Assembly (NCBI RefSeq): GCF_001447785.1
Contig: NW_015177041.1
Span: 475,426-539,425 of the forward strand
Length of the DNA stretch: 64,000 bases
Direction of reading: 5' to 3'
DNA from: Gekko japonicus
Taxonomy: Eukaryota
Numbering within the stretch: position 1 is the first letter of the stretch; the number at the start of each line of letters is the position of its first letter. This document shows positions 46,401-58,760 of the stretch, piece by piece. A model generated the notes under the pieces. It worked only from the letters and a program-made list of their open reading frames with translations. It made no database searches and was not told where the DNA came from. The position numbers and the translations under genes were made by a program.

Positions 46401-49400
46401 AGTGCTGGAGAAGACTCTTGAGAGTCCCTTGGACTGCAAGAAGATCAAATCAGTCAATCCTAAAAGAAATCAACACTGACTGTTCCCTGGAAGGCCAGAT
46501 AATGAAACTGAAGCTCAAATACTTTGGCCACCAAATGAGAAGGGAGCACTCACTGGAGAAGACCCTGATGCTAGGAAAGATTGAAGGTCAAAGAAGACAG
46601 GGACGGCAAAGGATGAGATGATTAGACAGGGTCATAAATGTAACGAACATGAAGTTGAGCAAACTTCAGAGGACGGCGGAAGACCTGAAGGCCTGGCGTG
46701 ATCTGGTCCACGGGTTCGTGAAGAGTCGGACTCAACTGTGCGACTTAACAACAACAACATATAATTGGAGTAAAAAAAAGAGTTTCCCCGTCTGCCTTCC
46801 TGCTCTCCCCTTGGCATGAAGCACAGCAGGTTGTGGGGGGAGAGTGAGATTGCCAGGGTGCCTGGAGGAGGGCCCGGGAGAAAGGGGAGCATACCTCCCC
46901 TCCACCCCCCCGGTGGCCATCTTGCTCCTTTTCTAGGTGTCTGTTATGGTGGCTTGAGTCTCTTCTCTGTGGCCAGCTTGCTCTCCTTGCGACAGTCACC
47001 TGAGTGCTGGAATGGGAGTGCAGAGGCTGTGAAGAAGGGTGGGGGGGATTATTGGAAAGGGCGGGCCCTCTACTTTCCATCACTGGCATGTGGCCCACAG
47101 AGGCTTCAGTTTATCCACCCTCTGTTTTCTCCAGCAGAAACTATTTCAGAATGGGAACCACAAGTACTACTGAGCAGTGGCCGTGGCCGTTTTCTGAAAG
47201 AAAAGGCAGGTGCCACATTAGGCAGCGGTGCTCAGAAGAGAGACTGAGTGTTGCTGGTTTAGCCTATCTAGAGATGATGGGGCTGGAAATCTTTTTAAGA
47301 AACCAAAAAAAATCTGTCTGAGTCCCAGTAATAAAAAGTATGCACTAATTATGCACAACTTCAAACATAATTCAACTAATTGAAAAGAAAGCAAGCAAAT
47401 CCTTATTCATTCATTCATCTGGTGGGAGGTGGAGGCATGCTGAGGAGCCTTCATGGGAGTGGAGTTCAAAGAAGAAGAATCTTCAGAAAATCTACTGAAC
47501 TGAAGTGGGAAAGGACTTTTATGCTCTCCTCTGTGCGATGGTGGCGGGGTCTTGTCTTGCTTATAAGTGCACCTGCCTCCTGATGGAGCAATGAGTTGAG
47601 ATGGTTTAATTATGTCTTTTAGATCACAATGAAGAATCACAAAGCTCTGATCTTTCTGGAGCTGCAAAATCAAACAGGTGAGGGGGTTCGCTGGGTGGAT
47701 CACAGCCCATTATTTAGCCCATATATTTGTGTGTGGGGAGGAGCAGAATTGTGTGTGCCTGTGTGCAAGGGAGTAAGCTTTCCTCTTGCCTGTAGGAGTA
47801 GTTCTTTAAAACAGCTTGAAGGGGGAAGGATGACCAGAGGCCTTTTCATGGAACACACTAGCTTTGTGAAATAGTAAAAAGTAAGACACAACGTTTGTTG
47901 TAGATGCCTTGAAAATAGACAGTTGGCAAATGTGCAGGTGACCCTCCAGCATGGTTAGAACTGCAGGACTTGGCATGGGATGTGGGAGGTGTGCCCTGCT
48001 AAAACAGCAATTGCTGTATGACCCCAAACGAAGCATTGGCATGCTGGCTGCATCGTCTGTAGCAGTGGGGGGAGAAACTGCTTGTGGCTCGTTGCAGAGA
48101 CCGAAGTGGCAGCAACAGGAAGCTGAGAGGGACGTTGAGCAGTTGCTCTGGCCGGGACAGCATCTCCAAGGTCGCTTCAGATGTTTGCTGTATCTCAAGG
48201 CAAAGGCCAAAGGCACTTGGCAAACCCGTATCGGAACACTGGAAGAGCCCTGCTGGATCAGATCAGTGGTTCCTCTGGTCCAGCATTCTGTTTTGCACTT
48301 AGCCAACCAGCTGCCTCTGGAGGGCCAATGAACAGGTGCAGTGAGAGGCCAAGGTCTTCCATTGATGTTGCCTGCTGGCTGTGGCATCCAGAGTTTGCTG
48401 TCTCTGGAGGGAGGGGTTTAGTTCAGTCACCATGGTGAGTAGCCATTGTTGGGCCTATTCCTCTCCATGAATCTGTGTGATTCCCCTGTTAAAGCTATCT
48501 GTGCCAGCAGCCATCGCTGTCCACCAGCAGCAGTGAGTTTCTAATCCATAAGAGGACCATTCGTCTTATGCCATGATTGCTAAGTTTACTCAGAGGTCTT
48601 AGCCAAAAGCCTTCTGGAAGTCGAAGTATACACAGTGTCTCTTGTATCACCTTTTATCCACTTGCTTATTAACATGTTCACCAAACTCCAAGGTGAGGCG
48701 GGGACTTCCCTTTGCAGAAGCCATGCCGCTTTTCCCTCAGCAGACTTTATTCCTCGGTGTTTTTGATAGTTTGATAAAGAATATGGATAGCAGGATCTCC
48801 TGGTCCATGTCTGTGCATGCAGCAGCTCCTTTTTGTCTTTCAGTTCGGAAGCCGTAAAGCAAAAGCAAACAAAGCATTTGTCAGAATTGTCCCCACCCAG
48901 AAGGGGCCGCCACAACTTGCCAGATCCGCGTCATTCTGTGACGGGCAAGAGCCATCGCAGAACTGCAAGTGGAGGCCAAGAAGAACGCCTTCCAGATAAG
49001 CACTTAGCCCGTCAAAGGCAGCAGGTCACCTCTGATTTATCCCCACCCAGGAGGAAAAGACATGATTCTGATGCTGACTTGTCGCCTCCTCGGGAGCTGA
49101 CGTCATCCCCCCCTGGGCTGAGAAAGCAAGGCAATGTCAGAGGCAAGTGGGCGAGTTGGAGGTGCCAGGCAGTGGCGTGTGAAGTATCCGTGTGCCTGGA
49201 AAAAGACACAGTTCCCTGTCTCCCTGGGTTCTAGTATTTGCCATCTTTCTCTTGGCAGGCTCTTCTCTGGCCTCTAAGAAGTCCCAGCGACATGATTCTG
49301 AATCTGAGTCGGATTCTGCTCCCGCAACGATGAGCACCAAGGCCTCCTCCGATTCAGACCTTTCCTTGCCACGGGCCGTTCGCCGCACGCGGCTGCAGGA

Positions 49401-52400
49401 CTCTCGTGCTGATCTTTCTCCTCCCAGAAGGAACCGGTGTGCGTCTTCAGACTCCGATTTGTCTCCTCCCCGAAGAGGGCAAGATGTCGGACAGAAGGCC
49501 CGCAGGGCACAAAGTCCACCTGACCTCTCACCACCGCGGCGGGCCAGAGACTCCAAAGGAAGGGGCGACGGAGCGCAGGTAAGGATTCTGCTCTTTGGCA
49601 CCCAACTGACTCTTCCTCCAGCTGATAGCCTGAAGCCGTTGGGGGGCATAGCCTGCGTCCTTGGGACGAGCGTCAATGACAAGGGGATCCCGTGCCTTAG
49701 GCATGGATGGAAGAGCCAGCCGATGTGGAATGGAGGAGGGGGGTGGCTCGTTTTTGGAAACAGCCCATGGCCGCCAGTCACTGACCCGACTGTTACGTTT
49801 GTTCTGGCTTGTGCGTAGGACCCTCAGATGCTGTCCGGTGGCAAAGCAGGCTTGGTGTTGGCTGACCTCCTGCGGAGGGAGCGGCAGGAGTTCCGGAAGC
49901 AGGAGAGGGGCAGCCAACATCTGGAAGGTGAGAGCGGGGTGGAGTGTGCCCAGGGTGTGGGTGAGGGAGGGCTGAGGCAGGCAGCGTCTCCTGCCCAAGA
50001 CCATAGCTCTGGTCAGAGGTGGGTTTCAGTCCCGTCTTGATTGGGCTGTGTGCCATTCCTCCCAGGGGCAGAGATGTTCTGCCAGGCTTTTGGTTGAGGG
50101 CAGCAACAGTTACCCATTGGCTGGCACCCTCCGCTCCCCCCTGCACTGAAATTTTTATTAAGTTACATGTAAATGTTAATGTTTTGTATTTCATGACATT
50201 GTGTCTTGTACATCGCCCAGAGCCTGGCATAACCTGGGATTGAGCGATTAACAAATCTAATGATGATGGTGATGTTGATGATGATGATGATGATGATGAT
50301 GAGACAGGGCTGGCGGTGGTTTCTGGGATGAGATGTTAGGCTGTCATGCTTATCAGGGCTGGGTTGTGCTCTGGACAGGCCCTCCTGCCAATGCCACAGA
50401 AAGGGGTAGGAACAAGTAGGTGCCAGGCTGGCATTCTCTCAGGGGTCTCTGAAAAAGTGGGCAGCTGGTAAAGTGCTCGGCAAGCCCTGGCTGGAGCTTT
50501 GTTTATTTCTGTCACTTACCCTCCGCCTTCCTCCCAGGGGCTCGAGGCAGGTTCCATATAGGGAGTCAATACGGTCAACAGAAGGGGACATTGCGTAACC
50601 CATTCACGAGGAATTTAGAAGTCTGGAGCCATCAGGAAGCATGGAAACATAGCCATAAGTATTCACGTGGCACATTAAGTGGTACAGAAATCCCATAAAG
50701 AGGCTCCTCCTTGCAATACGCTGTATGCAGCAGTATAGGCCACCATCTCAATTATTTATCCAAGTCAGTTTGTGAACCCTTCAGTACAGTCTAAACCTGT
50801 GACCTGCACAGAAAAGCTCTCTTGACTATTTCAGTCTTGCATGGTTTGCGGAAGGCCAGGAGAGTGGAGCCTTCTGGACCTCCTCGGGCAGGCGGGAGCC
50901 CCAGCAGAGAGGGCATGTGTACGGGCAGTTGATTTTGACCATTTGCGGGCTGGCACCTGCAGCAGCCCCTCCTGATCTAAGTGGAGGTGCTGTGGCAGAG
51001 AGGCAGTCCAGCAAATGAGAGGGGCCGAGGATGTGAAGGCCTCTGCACATGACAGCCAATTCCTTCAACTGAGCTCGGTAACGGGTGGGCAGTCAAAGGA
51101 GCGTCTGCAGAAGGGGAGTCAGAGGCACGGCTCCGTCCAGCTCCCGCTAAAAGTCAAGCCGTGGCGTTCTGAACGAGTCGGGGTTTCTGAGTTGGATTTG
51201 TGGAGAAGTTCAGTACGTGAAAGTAACACATAAATGTAGTGCCAGGTAAATTAACAGAATACTGACCCAGTTTCCGAAGCTGCCCTGTGACTCACGCCAG
51301 TTTGGTGTCGTGGTTAAGTGTGCGGACTCTGATCTGGGAGAACTGGGTTTGATTCCCCACTCCTCCACTTGTACCTGGCTGGATGACCTTGGGCAAGCCA
51401 TAGTTCTGATAAGAGCCGTTCTTGAAAAAGAGCAGTTTCTGTCAGAGCTCTCTCAGCCCCGCCTACCTCACAGGGGGTGTCTGTTGTGGGGAGGGGAAGG
51501 GAAAGGAGTTAGTAAGCCGCTCTGAGACTCCCCTGGGTAGTGAAGGGCGGGGTATGAATCCAATCTCTTCTTCTTCTTCATAGTCCCCGGGTGCAGAGTG
51601 GCTGAAAACCCTCCAGCCCAGAGAGTCCAGCTTGCTGGCAGCAGGAAAGATTCTGCCGGGGACACGTACATTGACTTGATTCAGTGGAGTGGACTGAATT
51701 GGTCAACTTGATGGTGTGGCATTGTGGAGTGTGCTAATGTGGCCGGTGCGATTGTTTCCCACAGATGACTCGCAGCATGCAGCCACTGTCTTCCGGGATA
51801 AGTCCGGCCGCAAGAGGGACCTGAAGCAGGAGCGGCTGGAGCAGCAGAAGGCAGCGCAGCAGAAGTCCGAGCGGGACGCGCAGTATGCCAAGTGGGGCAA
51901 GGGGTGAGCTGCCCGGTCCCTGGCCTGTACTGCCCTCAGCTCTGCCCCCTGGGTGATAGTGGGGAGGGGGCCACAGCTGTGTGAACCCACCCCAACAGGT
52001 CGCTGCCTGGAGCTATGTTCTGGCTTGGGAGGCCTGCCTTCTCCAGGCAGCCAATAAGAATCCTCCAGCCCCGTGACCCTGTTGCCTTTTGCAGGCTCGC
52101 CCAGAGCAGGCAGCAGCAGCAGAACGTGGAGGACGCAGTGAAAGAGATGCAGAAGCCGCTGGCCCGGTACATCGATGACCAGGATTTGGACCAGATGTTG
52201 CGGGAACAGGAGCGAGAAGGAGACCCCATGGCCAACTTCATAAAGAAGAGGAAGAGCAAGGAGGCGAAAGATCAGAAAGGTTTGCATTTGGCCGGGGCTT
52301 ACTGGGCTGGAGGGTGGAGACCAGCTGTGCTTGGGCACCATGGCTAGTGGGGGGGCGGGGGTGGGGTCAGCTGCCGTCGAGGGGTGGAGCGTTCTGTATA

Positions 52401-54284
52401 GAAGTACTGATCTGGAGAGATGCAAGCAATTTTGCTGCAACTGCTTGTACAGAACTTGAATTATAGTGTCTGCCCCTCTTTTGGTCGGGGTGGAAGAAAG
52501 GGCTCCACGAGAGCCGTGGGTTGGGGGCTCCTGCGAAGGGAACGGTGCAGAGTGCAAGCTCCCTGACCCCCCCCCTTCCCCGTCCCTCTCTGGGCTGCAG
52601 CTGACTTGCACATTCCATTCCCTTGTTCTCCTCTTCCTACGAGGGCTGGAGGCTTGGCTTCTCTAAAGGAGGCTGTATTCAAAGGTGCCTGTGCTGGAAA
52701 GGCCGTTTGGCCCCCAACTCAGCCGTCCTCCAATTCTTGACCGCTGTCTGGAGAAGCCGTATTCCACAGGGGTGGTTCCTCCTCCTCCTCCTCCTCAGTG
52801 CTTTCTCCATGAACTTAAATCTTATTAGTGCTAATTAATATTTATTTACTGCCTTGAGTCTGAGGAAGGCAGGCAGGATAGAAGCCTTTTAAATAAAGTA
52901 TTTACATTATGTTAACTCATAAAACTGTAAGCCCCTTTAGGGGCCAGTTTCTGATGGAGAGTGCAGACTGTCGATGATGTTAGCTATAAATAATACAGAC
53001 AATAAAAATACCTTGCACGTGGAGGTTGGTAGCGGGCTGTACTAGATTCTGCACTCATTCCTGGGCTGGCCTGTGTGGGGTGCGAGTGTTGACAGCTGAT
53101 ACAGAGAAAATGATGAGGCCTTTTGTTGTCACCTCCCCCCCAGAAAAGCCAAAGTACAGTGGACCAGCCCCACCTCTCAACCGATTTAACATCTGGCCCG
53201 GGCATCGCTGGGACGGAGTTGACAGGTAAGGCAGGCTTTCTGCTTGTGGTGTTTCTTTGTGGTTTATAGTCCACCTTTCTCAGTGAAACACAGGGATCAC
53301 ACAGTATATGCAGCAATATGATCAACAGGACGGGGCATCCAGTAACCACTGAAATAGTGTTTGGATTGCAGAAGTCTGGAACAAAGCAAAGGCGTTTAAA
53401 CATGACCCGTTAAACGATGCAGAGGTTACGTAGAAGGGGAGCATCTTTTTACAGAAACAGACAGTACCAACGCTCCCTCTAAGCTGTGGAATCTTGTGAG
53501 CAGAAATTCTACTTTGTGAGCCACTGGCATTAAAGTTTGGAGTGAGCGATTTGGCTGCTGCATAAATTAGTTTGCTCCGGAGCTATCCTTCCTGAGCTAA
53601 GACAAAAATGTGTGAGCTGGAGGCTAAAAAACTGTAAGCTAGCTCACACTAACTCAGCTTAGAGGAAATGCCATACAGTACCCCGTAGTATGTGGTCCAC
53701 AGTCTCTTTCCCATTGTCAAAGCATCTTTATGAACCATTTCATTGCAATACAGCCCTATTGCCTGTGTTTAAAAAAGCCTTCCTGAATAATTCAGTTTTG
53801 CTTAGTTTGCAGAAAGCCCCCCAGGCTTCTCTAATGGATGGTTCTGAATTCAGGTTGCGTCTTTCGTACACTAGATTGTTTCTCAAGGCTGACAAGACTT
53901 TTGTCAAGGCGTCTGTTTTCTCTTTCATCACTTGCTGTCTACAAGCCCCACAGCCATCTTTGCGTCCCTAGCGGGATCGTACAGATGTTGGAGATGTGCA
54001 GCTGCTGCCTCCCTTGAACAACTGTCTTGCCCTGGACCAGGCTGTGGAGTTCTAGAGGATGCTGGGTGTGCTCCTTGATGCCCATCGAGTTCCCTCAAAG
54101 GGCTCCCTCCCTCCCTCCCCCACCCCCTGCTCTCAGTGGTTTGGGCAGAGTTCCTCACAGACCCTTTTGCTGTTGTCTCCATTCCTGCAGGTCCAACGGC
54201 TTTGAGCAGAAGCGCTTTGCCAGAATTGCTAGTAAGAAGGCTGTGCAGGAGTTGGCGTATAAGTGGAGCGTGGAAGACATGTGA
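42988..54284 (+). CDS. BUD13: BUD13 homolog (RES complex), 11 exons (42988-43121, 45030-45123, 45827-45911, 47623-47677, 48844-49142, 49259-49578, 49819-49927, 51765-51903, 52095-52279, 53144-53225, 54191-54284); 531 aa
   Basis: LSKAEYLRR, GMRIVDDDV, VAEFIDERPEEVK, DLSPPRR repeats, [51 protein letters not shown] and YKWSVEDM*. Phases are consistent. ATTAAA at 54348-54353. Confidence 0.96.
43490..43698 (-). mobile_element. hAT MITE
   Basis: TIRs; TSD gtgacggg/gtgaaggg. Confidence 0.85.
44415..44620 (+). mobile_element. hAT MITE
   Basis: TIRs; perfect 8-bp TSD GTGACAGT. Confidence 0.9.
46402..46758 (+). mobile_element. BovB 3' end
   Basis: RVPWTARRSNQSILKEI and a (CAA)n tail. Confidence 0.9.
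50260..50302. repeat. (GAT)n microsatellite
   Basis: Direct observation. Confidence 0.85.
51295..51580 (+). mobile_element. Squam3-like SINE
   Basis: Family match. Confidence 0.8.
53468..53673 (-). mobile_element. hAT MITE
   Basis: TIRs; TSD gacagtac/tacagtac. Confidence 0.8.
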
Positions 54285-54969
54285 ACGGCCACTCCGAGAT
54301 AGGAGAGAGCCTCCTGCCGCCCTCTGCAATAGCTCCTAGCAACTGTGATTAAAGGCGTTCAGCTCACAGGACCCTCTCGGGTGCTCTTGGGTGGTGACGG
54401 AAGCCGCTCACTCTGGGCAGCCAGAGCAGAGTGAGGCTGTTGATGCTCCTGGAGTGGACACTGCGCAAGAAGGAAGAAGTGCGTGCGAGGGCTCTCCCGT
54501 GTGAGGAAGTCCCGGGGACAGCCACTGCCAACCCTGCCTGCTTCCCAGCAGGGCCCGTTCCTGTTGGGTCTGAGCTGTTCATTTCAGAGCCCCCGCGAGG
54601 GCAGCGGCCAGATGTCTGGCGTCTGCCAAAGCTCAGGCTCTTGTAAAGGTTTAGTTTGTTTGGGAGAAGAGCGGAGGCGGGACAGAGGAGGAGGACTCCT
54701 GTTCAGCAGCACTTCATCAGGGAAGCCTCGGGCTGGGCAGTCCGGACTGCGGGGCAGGCGGGGTGGTGGCTCTGTAGTGTGGCCTTGAGTTTCCTGCCTT
54801 GCAGAGCTGGGTTGGACTTGTGCAGCTTCGAGGCCAGAGCGGCCCTCCCTCGACCTGAGGGTGCCCAGGCAGATTGCTGAGCACAGTTGCAGTTTTCAGG
54901 GTGGCAATACATTCTTTCTAGCTGAGGCAGCTGGTTGGGAAATTAATAGGTAAAGGTGAAACTCTTAGA

Positions 54970-55024
54970 NNNNNNNNNNNNNNNNNNNNNNNNNNNNNNN
55001 NNNNNNNNNNNNNNNNNNNNNNNN
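54970..55024. other. Assembly gap
   Basis: N run. Confidence 1.
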
Positions 55025-55800
55025 AGTGCAAAGGACGTTTCCTACAAAGTGAGATTCTTCAGGGGTGGGGGCTGTTCACAGTTAACATTTCTGAAATCCT
55101 TTGTAAACTTGATGTACAGTTTTGTAAATAACAGCTTTGTATTTCATTGTGTGTGTGTTTTTAGACAAGTTATTGTTGCTTTGGTATCCAAGGCGTGAGG
55201 CATCAGGGTGTGAGCTCCTGGGCCCTTGTTTTAATGAACGTACTCATTGTTATTGTCCTCTATGAATTATTAACACCCTTTTACTGTAGTGTGACCAAAA
55301 CTCAGAAGCACCAAGGTGGAGAACCAGAATCCTCTCTGCAGATAGGCAGGTGTCCAGCAGCGGCACCCCAGGGCCAGGAGCATAACGAGTTATTTGTTGT
55401 TTACAGCAAGGGGGACGGTAAGACTCTGCTTTAAAAGAGCTGCACTTTCACATGCCCACAGCTGTACCAAACTGACAGGGTAGTTTTGTTAGCGAGCAAG
55501 TGAAGGATTGTACTTGGAACTTCTCCCTGAACCGCCGAATCTCAGCCTACTCAAACACGGTCAGTGTGTCTCGTGGGATATCTCCCTCATTCCCCTCACA
55601 AGTCCCTAGCTTACCATTTCCCTAAGTCTGACCCTGGGAGCTTTGACTCTTGGAAACTCACACCCTGACCATTGTGTTGGTTTCTGAGGTGCCGTGGGAC
55701 TTGCTCCCCAGCTATCTACCGTGGCCCATCCTACACTATTAAGGGCCACAGTCGATGGGGTGGTCTCTAGGCTAATGGTCTTCTGTCCTTTCACACACTA

Positions 55801-56086
55801 GAAGAAGAAGAAGAAGAGATTGGATTTATACCCCGCCCTTCACTACCCAAGGGAGTCTCAAAGCAGCTTACAAACTCCTTTCCCTTCCCCTCCCCACAAC
55901 AGACACCCTGTGAGGTAGGTGGGGCTGAGAGAGCTCTGACAGAAACTGCTCTTTTTCAAGAACAGCTCTTATCAGAACTATGGCTTGCCCAAGGTCATCT
56001 AACCAGGTGCAAGTGGAGGAGTGGGGAATCAAACCTGGTTCTCCCAGATTAGAGTCCGCGCACTTAACCACTACACCAAACCGGCT
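55801..56086 (-). mobile_element. Squam3-like SINE
   Basis: Family match. Confidence 0.8.
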
Positions 56087-58584
56087 AGGGAATACACTAG
56101 GGAATTGTACTTATTCCAATAGCATGGATTTTGCTAAGCTGCAAGCATAAACTAGTATTTCCAGTTTCTACTAGTTCCTATTACTGATCAAATATCCTGA
56201 ATAGGAATTCGACATAGTATGTTTGCTATATAACCTCAGTGCAGATTCATTGCAGCCTAGTAGATTACCTGTTTCCCTAAGGTGACACAGGATAACTGCT
56301 CTGTTCCTGCCTCTTCACCAGCCCCAGAGCCCTATGTACCTCTCCTATAGATAACAGTTCTTTTCCGTCATGGGGCAAAGTCTAACTGTCCTCCTGGCAG
56401 ACTTCCCCAGTTTCTCACTTGTTTCCTCAAGCCCCATTTGAAGCAAAGACAGACTTTCCTTCCACTTAATTCCACCCAGGCATGTGAGGCAGATCCTACC
56501 TGGCAGTAGGCAATAGGGGAGGCTCCAGTCTTTCTAGCACCGTGCTTTCAAAAGTAAGAACCAGCACTTTGAATTGTGACTAGAAACATCTGGGCAGCCA
56601 GTGTAGGTGTTTCAGCACTGCAGTTTCACAATGCTCACGTCCCCAGGCTTCTGTTACGAAGTGTAAGAGGAAAGCGACACCCTCTCTTCCGCCTGTGTCT
56701 GTGGCTCCTACCTTGACCATAGGGTCACCTTTGCATTTCACAGCCATCCCTGTGTCCACATGCGCTCTCAGTGGGGTGAGCTCGGTACTTGCAGGTCCCC
56801 GGGCCCTCTGGAGGAAGAGAATATGGACCCACAGTCACTGTATTCACAGAGACATTCGAGGGGAGTGTTATCCAAATTGTCTTATTTATTAATAAATTTG
56901 GGGAATTGTGAATGTTAAATGGCAATAGGCATTAAATATAGGACCATAACCCATGTGTACGGGAGTCAGAGTTCCCAGGACCCAGGAATAGATGCAGAGG
57001 CTGTATTGTTAAAGCAATGATTTCTCTACTGAAGGTTTTCCAAGCATACAAACATAAAATAAAGCATTCACTCATACGATACAGGGCTAAGAATTCCGAG
57101 TAGAAAATACAGAGATGTTTGCATTAGCAGGAAGTGTCGTCGGTTGGGTGATACGTTACCTGCCCCGCAAGACAAGTTGATACTGCAGTGCAAAAGGGAT
57201 AAAATAAGGGAAGGGGGCCGTGAGTTGACCAGCGACACACGTGGAAAGGTGCCAAACTGTGCAGGAATGGAACCAGCAAGATAGGGGATAGGAGAGGCAA
57301 AAGTAAGAGAGCAAACCCAGAAAGGGCTCTCCTTATATACCTAAAATGTGACCTGAGGCTAACACTGGTCCCCTGGAGATATTAACAAAACGTAAACTAT
57401 GAATGAGGCAGAAAAGGGATTAATGGTTGGGCAATTGTAAACTTAATGGTCGGCCAGGAATGACCCCTCTGGGGGAAGGGGGTGAAACAAAGGAGAGAAA
57501 GAAGAGCACCAATCACGTTGCAGGGCCGGTGCTGTGGATTAACCACCAGGTGTTTGAGAGCAGCGTTATCTCGATGGGTAGCAGGAAGACTTGATGGCTT
57601 GCCATGGTTTGTCGTTGGGCACACCGTTTTGCCTTAGGCTGCCTCAGGAGAGGAATCTGTTCCACGAAGGTGTGTGTGGGGGGATGCCTGCATGATGGAG
57701 AAGGGAGTTTCTCATGGCTGCTTCTGTGCAGGAACCTCTTATCCTTTTTGCAGGGCACGGCTTCCTTCTGTGATCTGCTGCTGTGTTTGCGTGTATGGAG
57801 GTCAGTGCTGCTGGTCTGCATCCTGGTGTCCCGGGGGGGTCCACATCTGGCTTGGCATGCTTCTTAGGCACAAGGCTCCCCTTGGCCGCAGTGCGTCCCG
57901 TGGTCCAGGATATGGCACTGCTTTTGGGAACACCGCTCTGTCCATTGCCCTGACACACTCTTTCCACCGTTCAGCAAAGCAGTCATATTTAAGAGTCTTT
58001 AGTAATGCCATCTGAAGTGGCTGCATGGCAACAGGAGGGGGGGGGGCGCTTCGTTTTGTGTGATTTCCGGCCTAGAGAATTTGCCTGATGCAGCGGCCCG
58101 TTCTCTGACTGAGAAGTGCTGGCAGGACTGGAGCTTCCTGGATTCCAGTTGCCCCTTCGTTTTGGCAGAGCACAGGGGGCTCAGTGGTGGTTGCTACGTG
58201 GCCCTCGAGCCCCGGCTTTCTCCTTCCTCTCTGGGGACGGTTGGAATGGGCCTGGCCTTGGGGGAGCTCTCTGCCGGCAGAGGCCTCTTCCATAGGTGCC
58301 GGCTGAGATGCACAGCACTGCTAAGCCTGGCAGCCAGAGGGAAGCAGGCAGGCAGGCTAGCAGCAAAAGGGTGAGTTTTAGAGCACCAGCCTGCAGCAGG
58401 TTTCTTTCTGCCCGCCAACAAGTGCCCACTGGTGGTGTTCAGGAGCCCAACTCCCTCCTTTGACGGGGCAGGGAGGCTCCTGCTTTGGAGGGAAGGGGGT
58501 CTGGCAGCTGGGGGGGCGAGCCGGGCGCTGGCTCTGTGGAGTGGTGCTGCAGCACTTGCTGGACTCTGATCCAGCCTGCCCAGC

Positions 58585-58760
58585 AAGGTTGCCAATATCC
58601 AGGCGGGGCCTGGAGATCTCCTGGAATTGCAACTAACCTCCAGACTATGGTGATCAGTCCCTCTGGAGAAAGTGGCAGGCTTGGAAGGTGGATGCTTCGG
58701 CTTTCGGTCCCCCCCGCCCCGTCCTGCTTTCACCAGGCTCCACCTGGAGCTGGCAACCTT
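58585..58760. mobile_element. Second MITE family (AAGGTTGCCA TIR); related copies at ~25790-25890, 59980-60140 and 61400-61890
   Basis: AAGGTTGCCA...TGGCAACCTT inverted termini and a shared core GATCAGTCCCTCTGGAGAAA. Confidence 0.55.

Noticed and set aside
56662-57664. Second solo LTR (TG...CA flanked by CGAAG)
   Set aside because: The ends lack an inverted repeat and the flanks do not rejoin convincingly; left uncalled.
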